DNA from: Acanthaster planci
Lineage: Eukaryota
DNA length: 64,000 bases
Direction of reading: 5' to 3'
Assembly: GCF_001949145.1 (NCBI RefSeq)
Contig: NW_019091358.1
Location: 1,994,240 to 2,058,239 of the forward strand
Each line of letters begins with the position of its first letter. Positions within the stretch are counted from its first letter, which is position 1. Under the pieces are notes generated by a model. That model did no database searches and had not been told where the DNA came from. It worked only from the letters and a program-made list of their open reading frames with translations. Positions 1 through 13,814 of the stretch are shown piece after piece. The translations under genes were made by a program, and so were the position numbers.

Positions 1-176
1 TTACTGAGCAGGCTACTTGGTGTGAGATGAGATACGTAGAAGATATCGACTGACACTCTTCGTATAAACCAAGTCCTGTAGGAATTGATTAGAATTATTT
101 TGGACAAAATTAACCAACCTTCTCATTTGGCTGTTGCTGGGTCACTTTTTGTAATACCTGACCCTGGCACAAAGCC

Positions 177-3100
177 ATGATTGCTGGCAGAGCCATTTTG
201 CTGTGTTTTGCCCTATGGATGACCTGTAAGTACAATGCCGTTTATTCTTCTGTTTTTGGCTGTTTGCCATTTTCTTTAATAAAATCAGGACAAGAATAGG
301 ATGCAATATGTCGAAGCACACAAGTGGAATATTTTTTATGTAAATACTTTATGGTAGGGCCTGCAACAACATACTTTTTCATGGATCGAACACCCTTTCC
401 TTTCCATCACAATTAACACGTGTTTAGGGTGAGTGTATTGCGTCAAGGATGGCACTTTCAAGATCTTTCAGTGTTTCAGAGTGCGATTAAGCATGTACAT
501 GGGCAAAATAAGTACCTGGGTAAAAAAAAAAACAAAAAAAAAACTCAATAATAGCCATACTTCAGCGTTTTGATACAGTCTGGGACAATCAAGGGATTGA
601 CACACGTTTTCGAAAATTCATTATTGGAGATAAAACATTTAATAATTAATAAGCTTAATGAAATGTATATAAGACGTTGATTACAACTCTATTTCACAGG
701 GTAAATCTCCCTTTTCACAGAGTAAATGGTTCTGAGTTTGATGCCAACATTTAGAGTGGTTAGTTTCTTCAGGGTTCATTTATGGTGAATTTCCAAGGTT
801 GCTTTCCGATTATGTTTATGAGGTCTTGATGCCACACCAGACGAAGCCCGGCTTTTTGCTGACCTGTTTCAGTGCCTCAATCCCGCGATAAGACCAGTGG
901 ACAATATCAGCGAACCAGTACTTGTGACAGTGGGAGCTGCCATCCAAATGATCGTGGAACTGGTGAGTTTTCGAAGTTATAGAAATTTTTATGTTAAGAA
1001 TCAACATTGCCTAAACCAATAAACCAAAACTTACAGGTTTACGCAGCAATAATTACTGCAATGGAAAGCTCACCAAACGAATGGGGGGGGGGTTACAAAC
1101 ACAAACAGAAGAAAACAACATTGAAAGTTAACAGCAGTGGTGCACCCCCTCCCCCGAGGTTTTCTGTTTTGTTTTTCAGTTTCTGAAAAGCGCAATTACA
1201 ATATACGATTCTATATTTTAAAGTACCAGCTCTGTTAAGTCCCAATTCCCTGTGACACAACGGAGGGGGGGGGGCGGATGAACACTGACTCTATTTGGAG
1301 TGGCAAATTCTAGACTGAGCTCCCCCCCATAAATCATGTGTTTGCCTCTGTTGACAGTAAAAACTGTGACACGATAGATACGAGTTGGGTGTACTCTGGC
1401 CACCCGCTGTTTCACAATATCAGAAAACAATTAGGATTGAGTGAAATCATTAATTCAGTCCATTAACGACTGCATTACCTTTTACAGGACGAACGGAACC
1501 AGCTAATTACCACGAGCTTGTGGATGCGGTTTGTAAGTATATGCTAATGGCTAATAACTTGTTTCTATCACCGCGTTTGATTATCACCCCCCCCCCCCGC
1601 TTGATACCGTGGTGTCACAGGTTCAGACGGGTACGTGCAATCTGTGGCGAAAAGTGAAAATGGTCCGTGCTGGAGGTATCAAACTTGGTCGAGAGGTTAA
1701 ATTTGCATCACGAATTTTAGGTGTCGAATCCACACACGTATTACTGACTTTTATTTCAACAAACTTGTGAGTCAAATGGACTCTACATGGAGTGATTTAT
1801 CATAACTGTTTAAAACAGTATCAGGTTTCTTTTGCATTTTCGAATCAACCACTTTTCTCGCATCGCACAAAGTGATACTTTCGCAAGTTGCCGGCTTGGC
1901 TGGTTGGTTACAGGGGCAGCCCTGACTGAGTGCTAATAGTCAAATGAATGTCAAATCGAACGACGCAAGTCGGGCTTGCGTGAGTAAGCGCAGAGGAAGT
2001 AATCGAATGCACTTAACAATAATTGATCCCATTAGGGTTTCCTAATTAAGGTATAGGCTGATATCGCACGCACATTCTGACTCTTATTTATTCAAGTTTG
2101 AAACGCATTTATGAATCATTTTTTTTTACATATGCTGTGATAAATCTTAAGTAAGTTCCACAAGGATGGATAAGCACCTATGATAATGGCAAATCACTGA
2201 GATAAAGTTTGGCTACGGCTTTCATTCTGTTGTGCACTGCTTCTAGCATACCAGATCACACGACGTTGCATTCAAAGATCTACTAAGTAGGGGTTACACA
2301 CATGAGTAAAATGTGGACGTACGGTACTTGTGTTACGCCAAATTTCCGACGCATGTAGAAGTTTAAAGATTACACTCAAGAAAAGTGTTTATTCAAAATA
2401 ATTTAAACAATAATATTAAATAAACAGAAATTAACCTTTGCATGTTGACGATGGACGTGGCAAAATTCCAACGTTTTAATAGAAGTTGCAACTGTACTGC
2501 CTAAAATAGGGTAAGACCCAATCAGGCAATGGAACTGTAAAAACCGTTCAAGCTACAGTTAATGTTTCAGGTAAATGAGGAAAAAACACTTTACAAAAGG
2601 TAAATTTTCCCTTACTTTTGCTCACTACTGTTTCTTTATAGTCGTGGGAAGATTCGCAGTTGCACTGGAATCCTGACGACTACGGTGGTGTGAAGAGTTT
2701 TACTGTCCCACTTCACAATATCTGGAAACCAGACATTGTCCTTTACAACAAGTGAGTTAGAATTCATCATTTTTAGCACAGCTTCCAGATGTTGTTAATC
2801 ACTGTACTTCAGCATAAGCGGGGAAAATAATACTTTTTGAGCGTAAAATAATATTTTTTTGCAAACTTGTAAAAATAGAATTGTATTCAAAACCAACAAA
2901 ACTTGAGGATGAAACTGGTGCATCGTTTATGGATAATCTGTAAAGGTACTTTCATCGCTATACCGTTCCCTTCTCTTGTCAATGCTTGAGCGTGGACTAT
3001 TTGCCTGGTACCCTTACACATCTGCATAACGCTTAGTCTGTATGGTTTTTTCCTTCCTCCCTTCCCCCCTTTCCTCTCCCCCTTCCCTCCTCTCAAGGTC

Positions 3101-5073
3101 CTATTATCCCCTCCCATACCCTCTCTGCACATTATGCCTCTCTTTATCGTTACCCCTGGTTCATTATTTTTACCTGATTTTTATGATTCCTACAGTTCTT
3201 GGAATGTAATTCCTGTTGTTTGTATGAAATGGCCGAATAGATAAATAAGTGAATAAAAACTGCATCCTTTCATCGAAGTGGTTTTCATGGATAATATTTA
3301 TATCAACTTTAATTGTTCATAGCGCCGATGCAGAATTCCAGGGTATGATCGACACTGGGCCAAGAATTAGTCACCGCGGCATGGTCTACTGGAATACCCC
3401 CGCACTCTTCAAAAGTTCTTGTCACCTCAACATGGCTTACTTCCCATTTGATGAACAGCGCTGCTTTCTCAAGTTTGGCTCCTGGAGCTACCACGGCTTT
3501 GAAATCGACCTCACCAACAGAAGCGTCAGTGGTGACATGTCCAACTTCATCGATAACGGCGAGTTCGACGTCATCGACATGCCAGTTTCTAGGAACTTGG
3601 TGTACTACAAATGCTGCCCGATGCCCTTCCCCGATATCACCTTTACACTTGTGCTTAAGCGAAGGCCCTATTTCTACCTCTTCAACCTCCTGCTGCCAAG
3701 TCTACTCGTTTGTTTTGTCACCGCCCTGAATTTCCTCCTGCCTGCTGACTCAGGGGAAAAAGTCAGCTTGGTTTTGACTGTTCTTTTGGCAATGACGGTA
3801 TTCTTACTGTTGGTTGCGGAAATCATACCGGCTTCTGATGCTACACCAGTTATTGGTAAGTTCTAAAGTGTGTTGGGCAGATAAGAACTACGTCACTGTG
3901 TATACAATGCAGCAAAAATAAAACCCCTCTGGAACTTCTAAACCAGTAATGCTCACCTGAAATATCGGTGTAAAACAACTTGCATTAAATGCATGGATCG
4001 CAGGGGTGAGTGCACAAATTAGATATGCCAAGGAAACAGACTTGATTTTTCCAATAAAAGAACTTATTTCTAAAAGTGTTGCAAAGAACTACAGGGAATG
4101 TTTAATTATTACACAAATGAACTACTTTTCATTTCGTTTCATTTTTCGTGATACGCTTACAAAGACATTCGAATCCACAAAAGACACAAAAAACATTAGA
4201 AATGAAATAAAGGATGCAATATTTAATGGGGCTCTCAAACTGGTTATATAAGAGATAAGGAAACAATTAAAATTGGAAACAAATATTTGTAAATGCAAAA
4301 ACATCAAGAAATGTTAACGTAACAGCATAGAAATACAACATTGATAAAATAATTTCAATTAATACAGCTATGAATAAAAAATATTTGAAACTAGATTGAA
4401 ATAAGAGTCTAAAATTACTTTAAGTGCACATATGAAAAAACCTGTTCAGTCAAGGCAGTGGAAAACCATGGGAAACAACATACACGTACATAGAACCTTA
4501 CAATAACAACAACAAAAATTATTGGGTGACCTTAAAGGATTTGTCCCTTTTGTTCTTTGTTCAGGTAAATACCTCATCTCCACTATCGTTATCGTCTCTC
4601 TGTCCGTTGTTATGACAGTCTTCGTGCTTCACCTTCACTATCGTCTCCCTGGGGCTAAGCCCGTGCCCCTTTGGCTCCGCAAGCTGGCTTTTGTTTACCT
4701 GGCTTCATTGCTTTGCGTCCAGGTGTCCTACAGCCATGGCAAGCCGGTTTTACCGTCACACTTCAACGGCAACCCCCACCCCCACCCTGTCATCACAACC
4801 CAGAACGGCAAGAGGAAGAAGAGGTCGTGGTGGATTTCCACAGTAGACGACAATCCCGTGTTCGCTGAGCTGGCACGAACGGTAGCGGCTATCAACGACA
4901 ACCTGCATACCATAGTAACACGAGGCAACGAGCAAGATGCGGACGACGACATTCTGACGCAGTGGAAGTATGTTGCGCTGGTCTTCGATCGTCTCTTCTT
5001 TTGTGTCTACATTGTACTCACGTCGATGACAGCCGTGATCATCCTTGGTCAATCTAAGTATTACTCCGAATAA
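177..5073 (+). CDS. CHRNA9-like: nAChR alpha subunit A (alpha9/alpha10-like), 6 coding exons, 461 aa
   Basis: Exons 177-225 (signal peptide [16 protein letters not shown]), 823-962, 1488-1532 ([15 protein letters not shown]), 2642-2751 ([10 protein letters not shown]), 3323-3855 and 4565-5073. All are GT-AG with matching phases and total 1386 nt. Motifs: Cys-loop [15 protein letters not shown], loop B WSY, loop C YYKCC (alpha type), M2 [23 protein letters not shown] (close to alpha9), M4 after [10 protein letters not shown]. Confidence 0.95.
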
Positions 5074-7745
5074 ACGCAAAATTGTGCCCTGTTTTTTCAA
5101 GGGGGACACTGTTGGTCACGATGAAACCCAATATTACTTCACACTTCACCAGATGTTACGTTTTAGTCCATGCGATGCTTTCTGCATATTGACGAATCGG
5201 CTAAGTTTTGCCTACCCATTCCCGATGGCCCTTTTCAAATGCTTAAAAGCATTGTGTTACAGAACAGATGTCGTTCAACAATTATCACTGTGCTCATCGT
5301 CATAAAAGGGATCACAGAAAATAACTAGTGACAGAGCTACTTTGTATGGTCATCGGATTAGTCTATTCTCTGTACGCGGCACGTGCACTCAGCCTGCTTG
5401 CATACTGCATTAAAATGCCCGCGGACCATCCAGATTTGTCAAACAATCCAGAGGAGCAACAGTCTCAGAAAACAAAACATTAGTTGCATTTTTTTGTGAT
5501 GGATAAGGAGTTTACCTCTCAATGTTTTGACCAATGTACCCTATCGTTATTACAAATGTAATAGCTTAAATGTAGGACAGTCTTTTTTGGCCCATTGTTG
5601 GCACAAAATGGCTACACCAAGTCTTCAAACCATTTTGCTGAACCAAATTTTGCTTGAACGTACTTTCTTTCGGTAAGTAGTTTATATTTTGGGGCTTAAT
5701 GTTATATCCTAGCATACCAAGTTAGATTTTGCAAGATAACACTCGGTTATTTTATGTTTACGTACTTGTTGGAGAATGTTGGGACTCCATCGGTTTGTAA
5801 ATTGTGGGAAACCTTTTCCAGACCTGTTGGTATATCACCGTCATGCGGATGGTTGATTTTCCCCCCTGATTTCTGTTAGGTAAATTTATTTATTCTCTGT
5901 TTGTTTTTGCTAATTCTTTGGTAAAGTTTGATTCTGACATTATTAAGGCCGTCATGCCTTTTGCTTTGGTTTATTTATACTGAGTTTGTTTAACTATTTT
6001 GCATAAGAATTTGCACGTTATATGCTTGTATTTATTAAACACAAATTACAGTAAGTCGTTGTTGTTCAAACGTAATTTTATATTGGGTAGTTATCTGTAG
6101 TTTAAGCTCTTTCTCACGTGTTTCTGTATCGAATAGAATAAAAGTGCTACATTTCCAGAGGTATTTAATGTGAGGATTTATTTTTCGTTATTATTTTTCA
6201 TTATTCTTCATGACGATTTTATTTCTTTGTTAGTCACACCCATGGGAGAACCCGAGCATGTATCCCTCATAGTAACAGAATTTTAGAAACGTATAAAAGA
6301 AGTCAAGTCTTTCACTTAAAAAGAGGAAGGGAATTAACACACATGATCCAATCTCAACCGTCAAAATACTTCTAAACGGCACGGTTTCCCCCAAATCAGC
6401 CCTGAAGACAGTTCCAAGAAACTGATAAGTAATTGTATGTTGTGCTGCACAGGGAGGCTATTTTTTGCGAAAAAGCCACTGGTTGCTGACTTCGTGTTTT
6501 GCTCAATGTGTTTTGACATATAAAATTATTTTGAAGGCTTGTTTACTACATACATGTAAATGCTGTGTGCGGCGCCCTGGCCTTTGGCCAGGACACTGAC
6601 AGACGTTTGTTGTCACATGGGGGCTTTTAGAGTGGCCTCTAGCCATCTGGTTCATTCGTTTGGTAGAAACATGTGTCTACTTTCTTTGGTATTATTAGGT
6701 AATTGGGCTACCTTCATGCACACAAGACTTGTCTGAAGGCTGAAGCTGATGATGTCATTAGACCAGAAGTTGCAATAAAAAGACATATAAATAAATTCAT
6801 TGTAAATCAACCATGAGAGAAATTGTTCTGATTTTTCCATCAAATGCCATCAAATGAAAAAATAAAGATGACAATGTTGTTTTGAACAAACCCTAAAACG
6901 TTAATAGTTTAACTAAAAATAAGTAAGGAAAAAAACAACCTTGGTAGGGATCATATTGGTATAACTGTTACAGACATCATACCAACCCCTAGAATCACCC
7001 TTCAATTTGTAGCCAAGCTCGCTCCATTATCCCTAACTCCCAAATCCTCCGATTTCAATATGATTTTATATACACCCTGGGGAGTTAGGGTTAAAGTAGC
7101 AGCACCGTTGCTTATTAAAATGCGATCCCAACAAAGACACTTAATTGACTTTCATTAATCTCTAACAGTTACACGTTTTCCCTACACTGATCCAATATCG
7201 GTCAATTTTGATACCTTGTTGATACATTATCCTTTGATCAATACATAGTTGTCATAAGTCAAAAGTGATATATGGTGCACAAGGTTTTGCTTTTAACTGA
7301 CCAACACTGAACAGGTTTTTTTTAAATCCGAAAATGTTGGTGTGTCAGCAGCTCTGGGAAAATGTCTCCGAACTTATCGAAGTTGCCCAGAGCACCGATG
7401 ATTGTCCACACCTATAAATATGTACACTAAGTAGTAGCCACATTTAACAGCGAATGATATCATTGCTCCACCAGCAACTTTCTGATTAAGTGGTCATTTG
7501 TGGGTTTGAAGCCACGCTTTTATCAGGTACCAGCACATTACTTTTTTCTTGAAAACTGCATATTTTGCAAAGCCATTACTTTTATGGGGCTATACTAGAC
7601 CAATGAATGCAAGGATTCCCGTATGTTGACAGTGCCATTAAATATTACGAGAGCACTGGTGATTGTCGTTGTTATTCAACAAATACGTTAAATTGGAGCT
7701 TGCAGTCTTATTTTCGTACAGCTGGAAGGTTTGTGTCTTTTCACC

Positions 7746-10700
7746 ATGTCAGGAATGCGCATTTCAATGTTGATGCTGTTTGTTGTCGGTAAGTAGCACA
7801 AAATAATTTTGTCGAGGCCATTACCTTATAACCTATTAATACGAATTCTGTAGAGTTCACGAAAACAACCATTATGGGAAGTGAGTATGTTTTACACAAT
7901 TGAAGTATAACACTAAACTTGTATAAGACTTCGCTTTGAAACCCATGCACCTCTCGATCTAGCAAGCAAACGAACGTGTGGTTGTGTCAAAGTTAAATCA
8001 GGGGCCTAATCGTTCTGCGTCACAGGAATGAAGAAAGCTCCCGACAATAAGAATTTGTATATATAAATCTCGACCAGTAACAAGACCACCATTCCAGTAC
8101 ATTCTATATTTTATATTTTACACTCTGGAAAAACTCAAAAGAGTATGTAGATTAATTTTATCAGCGTTTTAAATTTTCTAGAAAAGATTGACCTCAGTAT
8201 CTCTATGGGACAACTTGCTTCAAATGTCAATACATGTGACATATTCGGTCGGTTTCGAGTACTTTGTGTGTAAATCAGGGCCACTACGGTAAATTATTTT
8301 AAGTTGAATTTAGGTTTTACCCAGGCTTCAAATTTAATTGCAATTTAAAAATAGAATGTTAATTTAAAGTCAACCATCACACACATAGCCACAAATATTT
8401 GGCCAAGTCGTTATGTCGTTATGAACATTTAGGTTTTTCTCCAAAGTACGACCCTAACATGTGCAAATTTGGACAATAAATTATGTTTGGACTAATATTA
8501 ACATTTGGGAGAGTATAATGTAAACGTCGTATGACCACTTTGATTTGAGCTGCACCTCAATATACAACAGACAAAACTGGGTGTGCATACAAATATCCAA
8601 CATTAATTAACACCCACACGAGGTATTACTATCTAGTTAATATAGGGAATGGCACAGCCGGGCGCTCTGCTCACCAGCGTAGGACACCTGAAGAGCAACG
8701 CCTGATGAACGACCTGTTTAAGAATCACAGTTCCATCGTCTGGCCTGCGAAGAACCGAAACGACACCATTGTTCTCACTTGCGACACAGCCTTACAGACA
8801 ATCGTGGATTTTGTAGGTTGACTGCATTCCTCTCACTAGTTTTAACTTGAGGCATGGGAGAGATGGAAAAATAAAATTAAAGCAGACGAAAAAAATGCAA
8901 TGAACCATGAACTATATTGCAAATTGAAATCAACCAGAAACCATTAAACAAGCCAGAAAATTACGTGATTTAATGGTCTTGTATTTTTCAACTTGTATTA
9001 ATTAATTAAAACCTTAACATGCCCAACTCTTGTCTTTTCGGATGGAACACGAACTTGTAACACAATTACTTCGAAATTATTGTTTATTTTTTAGAACCAG
9101 AAGAAACAATCTCTACAGACGAGTATGTGGCTTCGATTTGTAAGTGTAAACATCTAAGGCGAACTGTTGTTTATATACTGTGATGTTTTTCTAATACTGT
9201 TTTGACAGTATAAAACGAGGATAATAAAACGTGAGAAAAGTGATACAGGAACCGATAACAGCTACCACAGATATGGCACATACCTATGAAAGTGGCTTGT
9301 CGACAACTTGCTGCTCCAAAGAAAGGCCTAAAACATACATAACTTTGTCTCAATTTATCAAAGATAATAGTTTTACTATTCTCATCACTTTTTCGTCACT
9401 TTCTATTTATGTTACTTTGTTTCAATTCTGTTTTAGGAATGGACAGATAACCATTTTCACTGGAACCCTGAAGACTACAGTGGAATAAACAATCTCGTCG
9501 TTCCCCTTGATTCTATTTGGAAGCCAGATGTTTATCTCGGTCAAAGGTAATTATCCGCGTAAGCCTAATAATTATAAGCCTCCTGCAAATTATATTAAAA
9601 AAATGGCGCTGTTTATACTTAGGGATGTAGGGCACCCAAGGCAGTGTGTCCGTTGACGGACCAGTAGCAGTCGGTGACAGTATGAAGACATCGTGCAAAA
9701 AAGTGAAAAGAAGATAAAGAATATGACTGATGGTGGGTTCGTACCCATAGTAATAATAATGATGATGATTAAGAGAGTGCACAGATCCACAAAGGTGCTT
9801 AAAGCGCTAGTACAATGAAATAAGTTTAATACCTCATTGAAGAGAAGAGTCTTCATAACCTTCTTAAACTGTACAAGAGGGGAAGATCACAAGTGTGCCA
9901 GTAAATTGTTCCAATACAAGGTGCAACACATGAAAAAGAGCGATCTCCCCATGAATGAAATGACCTGGGTTCTCTAAAAAGATTCATATTACTAGATTGA
10001 AGTCTACCCATCTTGAATGGAGACGAAGTTCTGAACTTGCAAATGTTAGACAAAACTGAACCTGGACAAAGTTTGCCTCGATTGCTACGTGACCTCCAAG
10101 TCAAATTTTGCATCTGATTTCCTGCTAATGTACGTACCGTTCCAGGGGCGGATCCAGGGATTTTCCAGGGGTTGTCAGGCCGGAGAATTTTAATGTCTCA
10201 TTTTCCGGACAAGTGCAAACCATGATCAAACATTAAACATGACTTACATTGTTTACAGTTATATTTGGTGCACTCTATTTTTTTGGTCATTAATTTTTTT
10301 CTCCCTTTATATACATTTATATATATTTTGTCTCAGACTACAGGGTTCGACATCCCCGGTTCTGCGCCTGCCTCGTTATTATGCAAAATACCAATTTATT
10401 TGTTAAAACATAATATTGAATTCTAGTGGCGAGCAACTTCATGGACACGAAGCTGATATAAATTTTAGTACTCTACAGTCTACAGCAGTGTGTATATGCA
10501 TCACACACTGATATAGCATTTTAACCGTTTTGATGGAGCTCGTGATACTTACAAACACAGTACACAAAATCTAGACGTAGAAGGGTGGTTGTTATTGCAC
10601 TGGAATAGCATCAAAAATGAAGCGAAATTCACATTACTTTGATGTTATAAAGAAAGTTTAAATGCTAGACGCCTCCTAGATTGCTGTTCTTCACCACATC

Positions 10701-12413
10701 TGGGTGATGGGGTCCCGAAAAACAGAGATGAGACAAAATAATCGGACACAATTACAACGTAGAATGTGCGGGCAAAGTGACAGAAATGTGTTCATTGCAA
10801 GTATGAGCTACATTTGCGTTTTACTGTTTCTTAACACTAGCCGTAAAAAAGGTAACAACGGCGTAGCTGACAGCCATCCACTGGTGACAAGCGGTGGCGT
10901 CGTCTACTGGAACACGCCAGCGAACCTACACACCCACTGCCGAATAGATGCGTCTTACTTCCCGTTTGACGAGCAACGCTGTCTGCTGCAGTTTAGCTCC
11001 TGGTCCTACAACGACGATGCCCTGCACGTTGAGGTGAAGAACCCATATGGAGATATATCGAAATATCAGGACAACGGGATATGGGAACTACTTGCGGTGT
11101 TGCAGAATGCAAGTGTAACATATTACAACTGTTGCCCAACGCCCTACAGTACCTTCACCATCACTATTATCTTGAGGCGTCGGCCACTGTTCTACATATC
11201 CAACTTACTCATACCCTGCCTTCTTATCGTGGCTACCACCTTGTGCAGCTTCTTGCTGGCTGTGGATTCAGGTGAGAAGACCAGCTTGGTAGTGACCAAT
11301 CTGCTGTCTCTTATTGTCTTCATGAATCATCTATCAAATGCAGTGCCCTCAACGGCGGACGGGATCCCGCTCATGGGTAAGACAAGTCATCTGTGTTCTA
11401 ATATTTCTATCGATTAGCCCAACAAAGTGCAGGGTGTGCAGTGCGAACGTATTGCTAATCCTAGGAAGACCATTGTCTATGATTCGATCATTCGCCTAGG
11501 ACTGAAAAAGGGGAAAGGTCAACGCGACTACGGTTTTAGGAATTGGAGTAAGAATTGTGGAGCAATGTGTCTTTGAAAACCACAAAGTCATATAATATAG
11601 ATTGAATAGTCACTGCATCACTATCCTGGCACAGCGGGGATGGGTAGCACCGACCAAACATATACTGCACAGGCCCGACTGCAATTTAATTCAGTACAGG
11701 TCCGGGAACTGTCACTTCGTCAACACAAACTCGTGAATAATTCTAAGACCCACGAGGCACGTATGTAGTTCATTACAAGGCTGTCTTGGTGAGATTCTAC
11801 GTTGTTTGAAAACACACACGCATGCCAAAAACGTGTAGGAAAGACTCGTTTCTTGAACTTTAACCTTGATTGTTTTCTTGGTACTTTTTATTTTTATGTG
11901 TATCCAGTTAAGTACATCGCAGTTACAATAGCCATAGTGTCCATATCCATGGTTGTTACCATATGGGTTCTACGAATTCACTACCAGCCAAGTCTGGTAA
12001 CGCCGGCGCCAGGGTGGCTGAAGAGGCTTACATTCACTTATATGGCTAAGCTCCTCCTCGTATGGGCACCACATTACAAAGAGGTGCCAGCAGCAGATGT
12101 TGCCAGAGGTGTACCTATCGTTCTGTTACCCTCTTACAGTCAACAGGGAGAATCCTCCTCTCCAGGGTCGCGCGTGGAAGATGCGGTTGCTGTTGTAAGC
12201 CAAAGGCTCAAGTGTCTCACCTCCCGTTGCAAGAGGAAGGACGCAGCCAAGGAGATCCTGTCGGAGTGGAAGCATGTTGCCAGGATCATCGACCGCATGC
12301 TCTTCCTGTTGTTTCTGGTGGTAACTATCGCCATGACCTCTCCGATTTTGCTACAGTCTAAGCCGCTCTCCACAGCAAAGCAAATTGCGATGTGGCAAGG
12401 GACCAGGCAGTGA
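7746..12413 (+). CDS. divergent nAChR alpha-type subunit B, 6 coding exons, 468 aa
   Basis: Exons 7746-7788 (MSGMRISMLMLFVV), 8646-8812, 9095-9139 (45 nt), 9437-9546 (110 nt), 10841-11376 and 11908-12413. GT-AG sites, matching phases, 1407 nt open. Cys-loop [15 protein letters not shown], loop C YYNCC, GEK before M2, WKHVARIIDR before M4. Confidence 0.93.
9750..10010 (-). mobile_element. 5'-truncated LINE (L2/CR1-like) 3' end in an intron of gene B
   Basis: The minus strand encodes degenerate SWGDRSFSCVAP...KTLLF, typical of a LINE ORF2 C-terminus, followed by an (ATC)n/(ATT)n tail. Confidence 0.6.
10142..10370. repeat. MITE-like interspersed repeat (CAGGGGCGGATCCAGG type)
   Basis: Begins ccaggggcggatccaggg and ends ccggttctgcgcctg, a degenerate inverted terminus. 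Related termini occur at ~57793-58019 and ~62381-62397. Confidence 0.45.
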
Positions 12414-13814
12414 GATGGCCATTTCAAGCCACACTCGCAGCGACCTATTCGGAAGCCATGTCGCAATATTGAAAGAGAACAAAAATTTCACGAAATTTGT
12501 CCTTGTTTTTTCTTAAAAGGAAGGTTTATTTAATGAATTACGGTATAGTCAGCACATATGTTGATAAACTTAACAGAGCGATTAGTGAGTATCTGGTCTG
12601 TAAGTGACTTTACCATACACGCGCACGCACCACTGATTGCAAGATTGCGAGCTTCCTTTGGACGAGCACTCTAGTTACACGTTACCTTTCGGTTCCATGG
12701 TACCATATAGCCGTACCTGCAGTGGGCGTGGTCTGAACTGAAGTAACGTCACACTTACGAACCGGATACGCTTGGTTTTTGTTTTGTACTCCGACATTTA
12801 AACAATCTTCAACACCTTGCTTTTTTCCTTTACTGTATTATAAGAGGGCCTGGCCCTTTCTTTCTTTTTCAAGAAGACTATCAAATGTCATTTTAAGACT
12901 GCTAAAACATTTAGCTCATGTGGAAATCTGGTGCAATTTTGTTTTGCAAGATTAGTGCGGGAAAAACAAGACAACTAGTTTTTATTTTAGTAAAAATTAT
13001 AATTTATTATAACTGAGACACTTTAAACAACATCTATCTGTTATATAAAGACAAGCGTAATGAGGACTGGATATTTCCAGGAAGTGGAAATTAATTGACG
13101 AAACGACCTATGGTGCACTACTTGGCGGGAAAGTTTAACTGAAACACTTCCACTTTTAAAGTTAAGAAAACGCACATGCCACACACATAGTATAATAGAA
13201 AAGAGATGGGCGAGGGTAACATCTTGCGTCACCAGTTAAACTACCCAATTTATCATGCATGTTGTCGATACACATTAAATGCATGTGTATGAGGAACTGA
13301 CTCTAAACATGTCAGATGAATGGGACCGCGTTCAATCCTCGACTATTGTGTCGAGTTTTGGAGCTAGGAGACCCTAGCTACCAATTTCTTCATCCTCCCC
13401 GCTGGTATTAAGTACCAGTATGAATAATTATACCAACTCGCTTAAACTGCAGAGACTCACCAGACACCATTACATGTAAATGAACTTGCTTCTCCCTTTT
13501 GTCTTTGAATAGGTTCCCCATCACTGACCATTATGAGATCTTTTAATGTTTAGTACTATTTTGTATTTGGTGTAATGAAGTCTTTTGTATCTAAAATTCA
13601 ACTGTTTGTTATTTGAATGAACGATTGTGCAGTGTGTATGGATTTACAAATTAAACCAGTTCAGTATAAATTCATCAAGTCCATTTCGTTGGACCACAAT
13701 CCTGGGTCTTATAGAGTGCAGGCATCGGAATTTTGTACTTTCCATGAGCATTTTAAAATGAATAACCAATATTTCTAATGCCAACAACACCATGGGTACG
13801 CAAAGTCATTGATC

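Noticed and set aside
811..841. In-frame TGA at 819-821 suggesting gene A is a pseudogene
   Set aside because: It lies in the intron just before the acceptor at 821-822. The 140-nt exon restores the frame, and a second in-phase acceptor exists at 839-840.
3249..3322. N-terminal extensions of ORF-track entries such as 3249, 4522, 10704 and 11802
   Set aside because: They are intronic read-through upstream of clear splice acceptors; the true exons start at 3323, 4565, 10841 and 11908.
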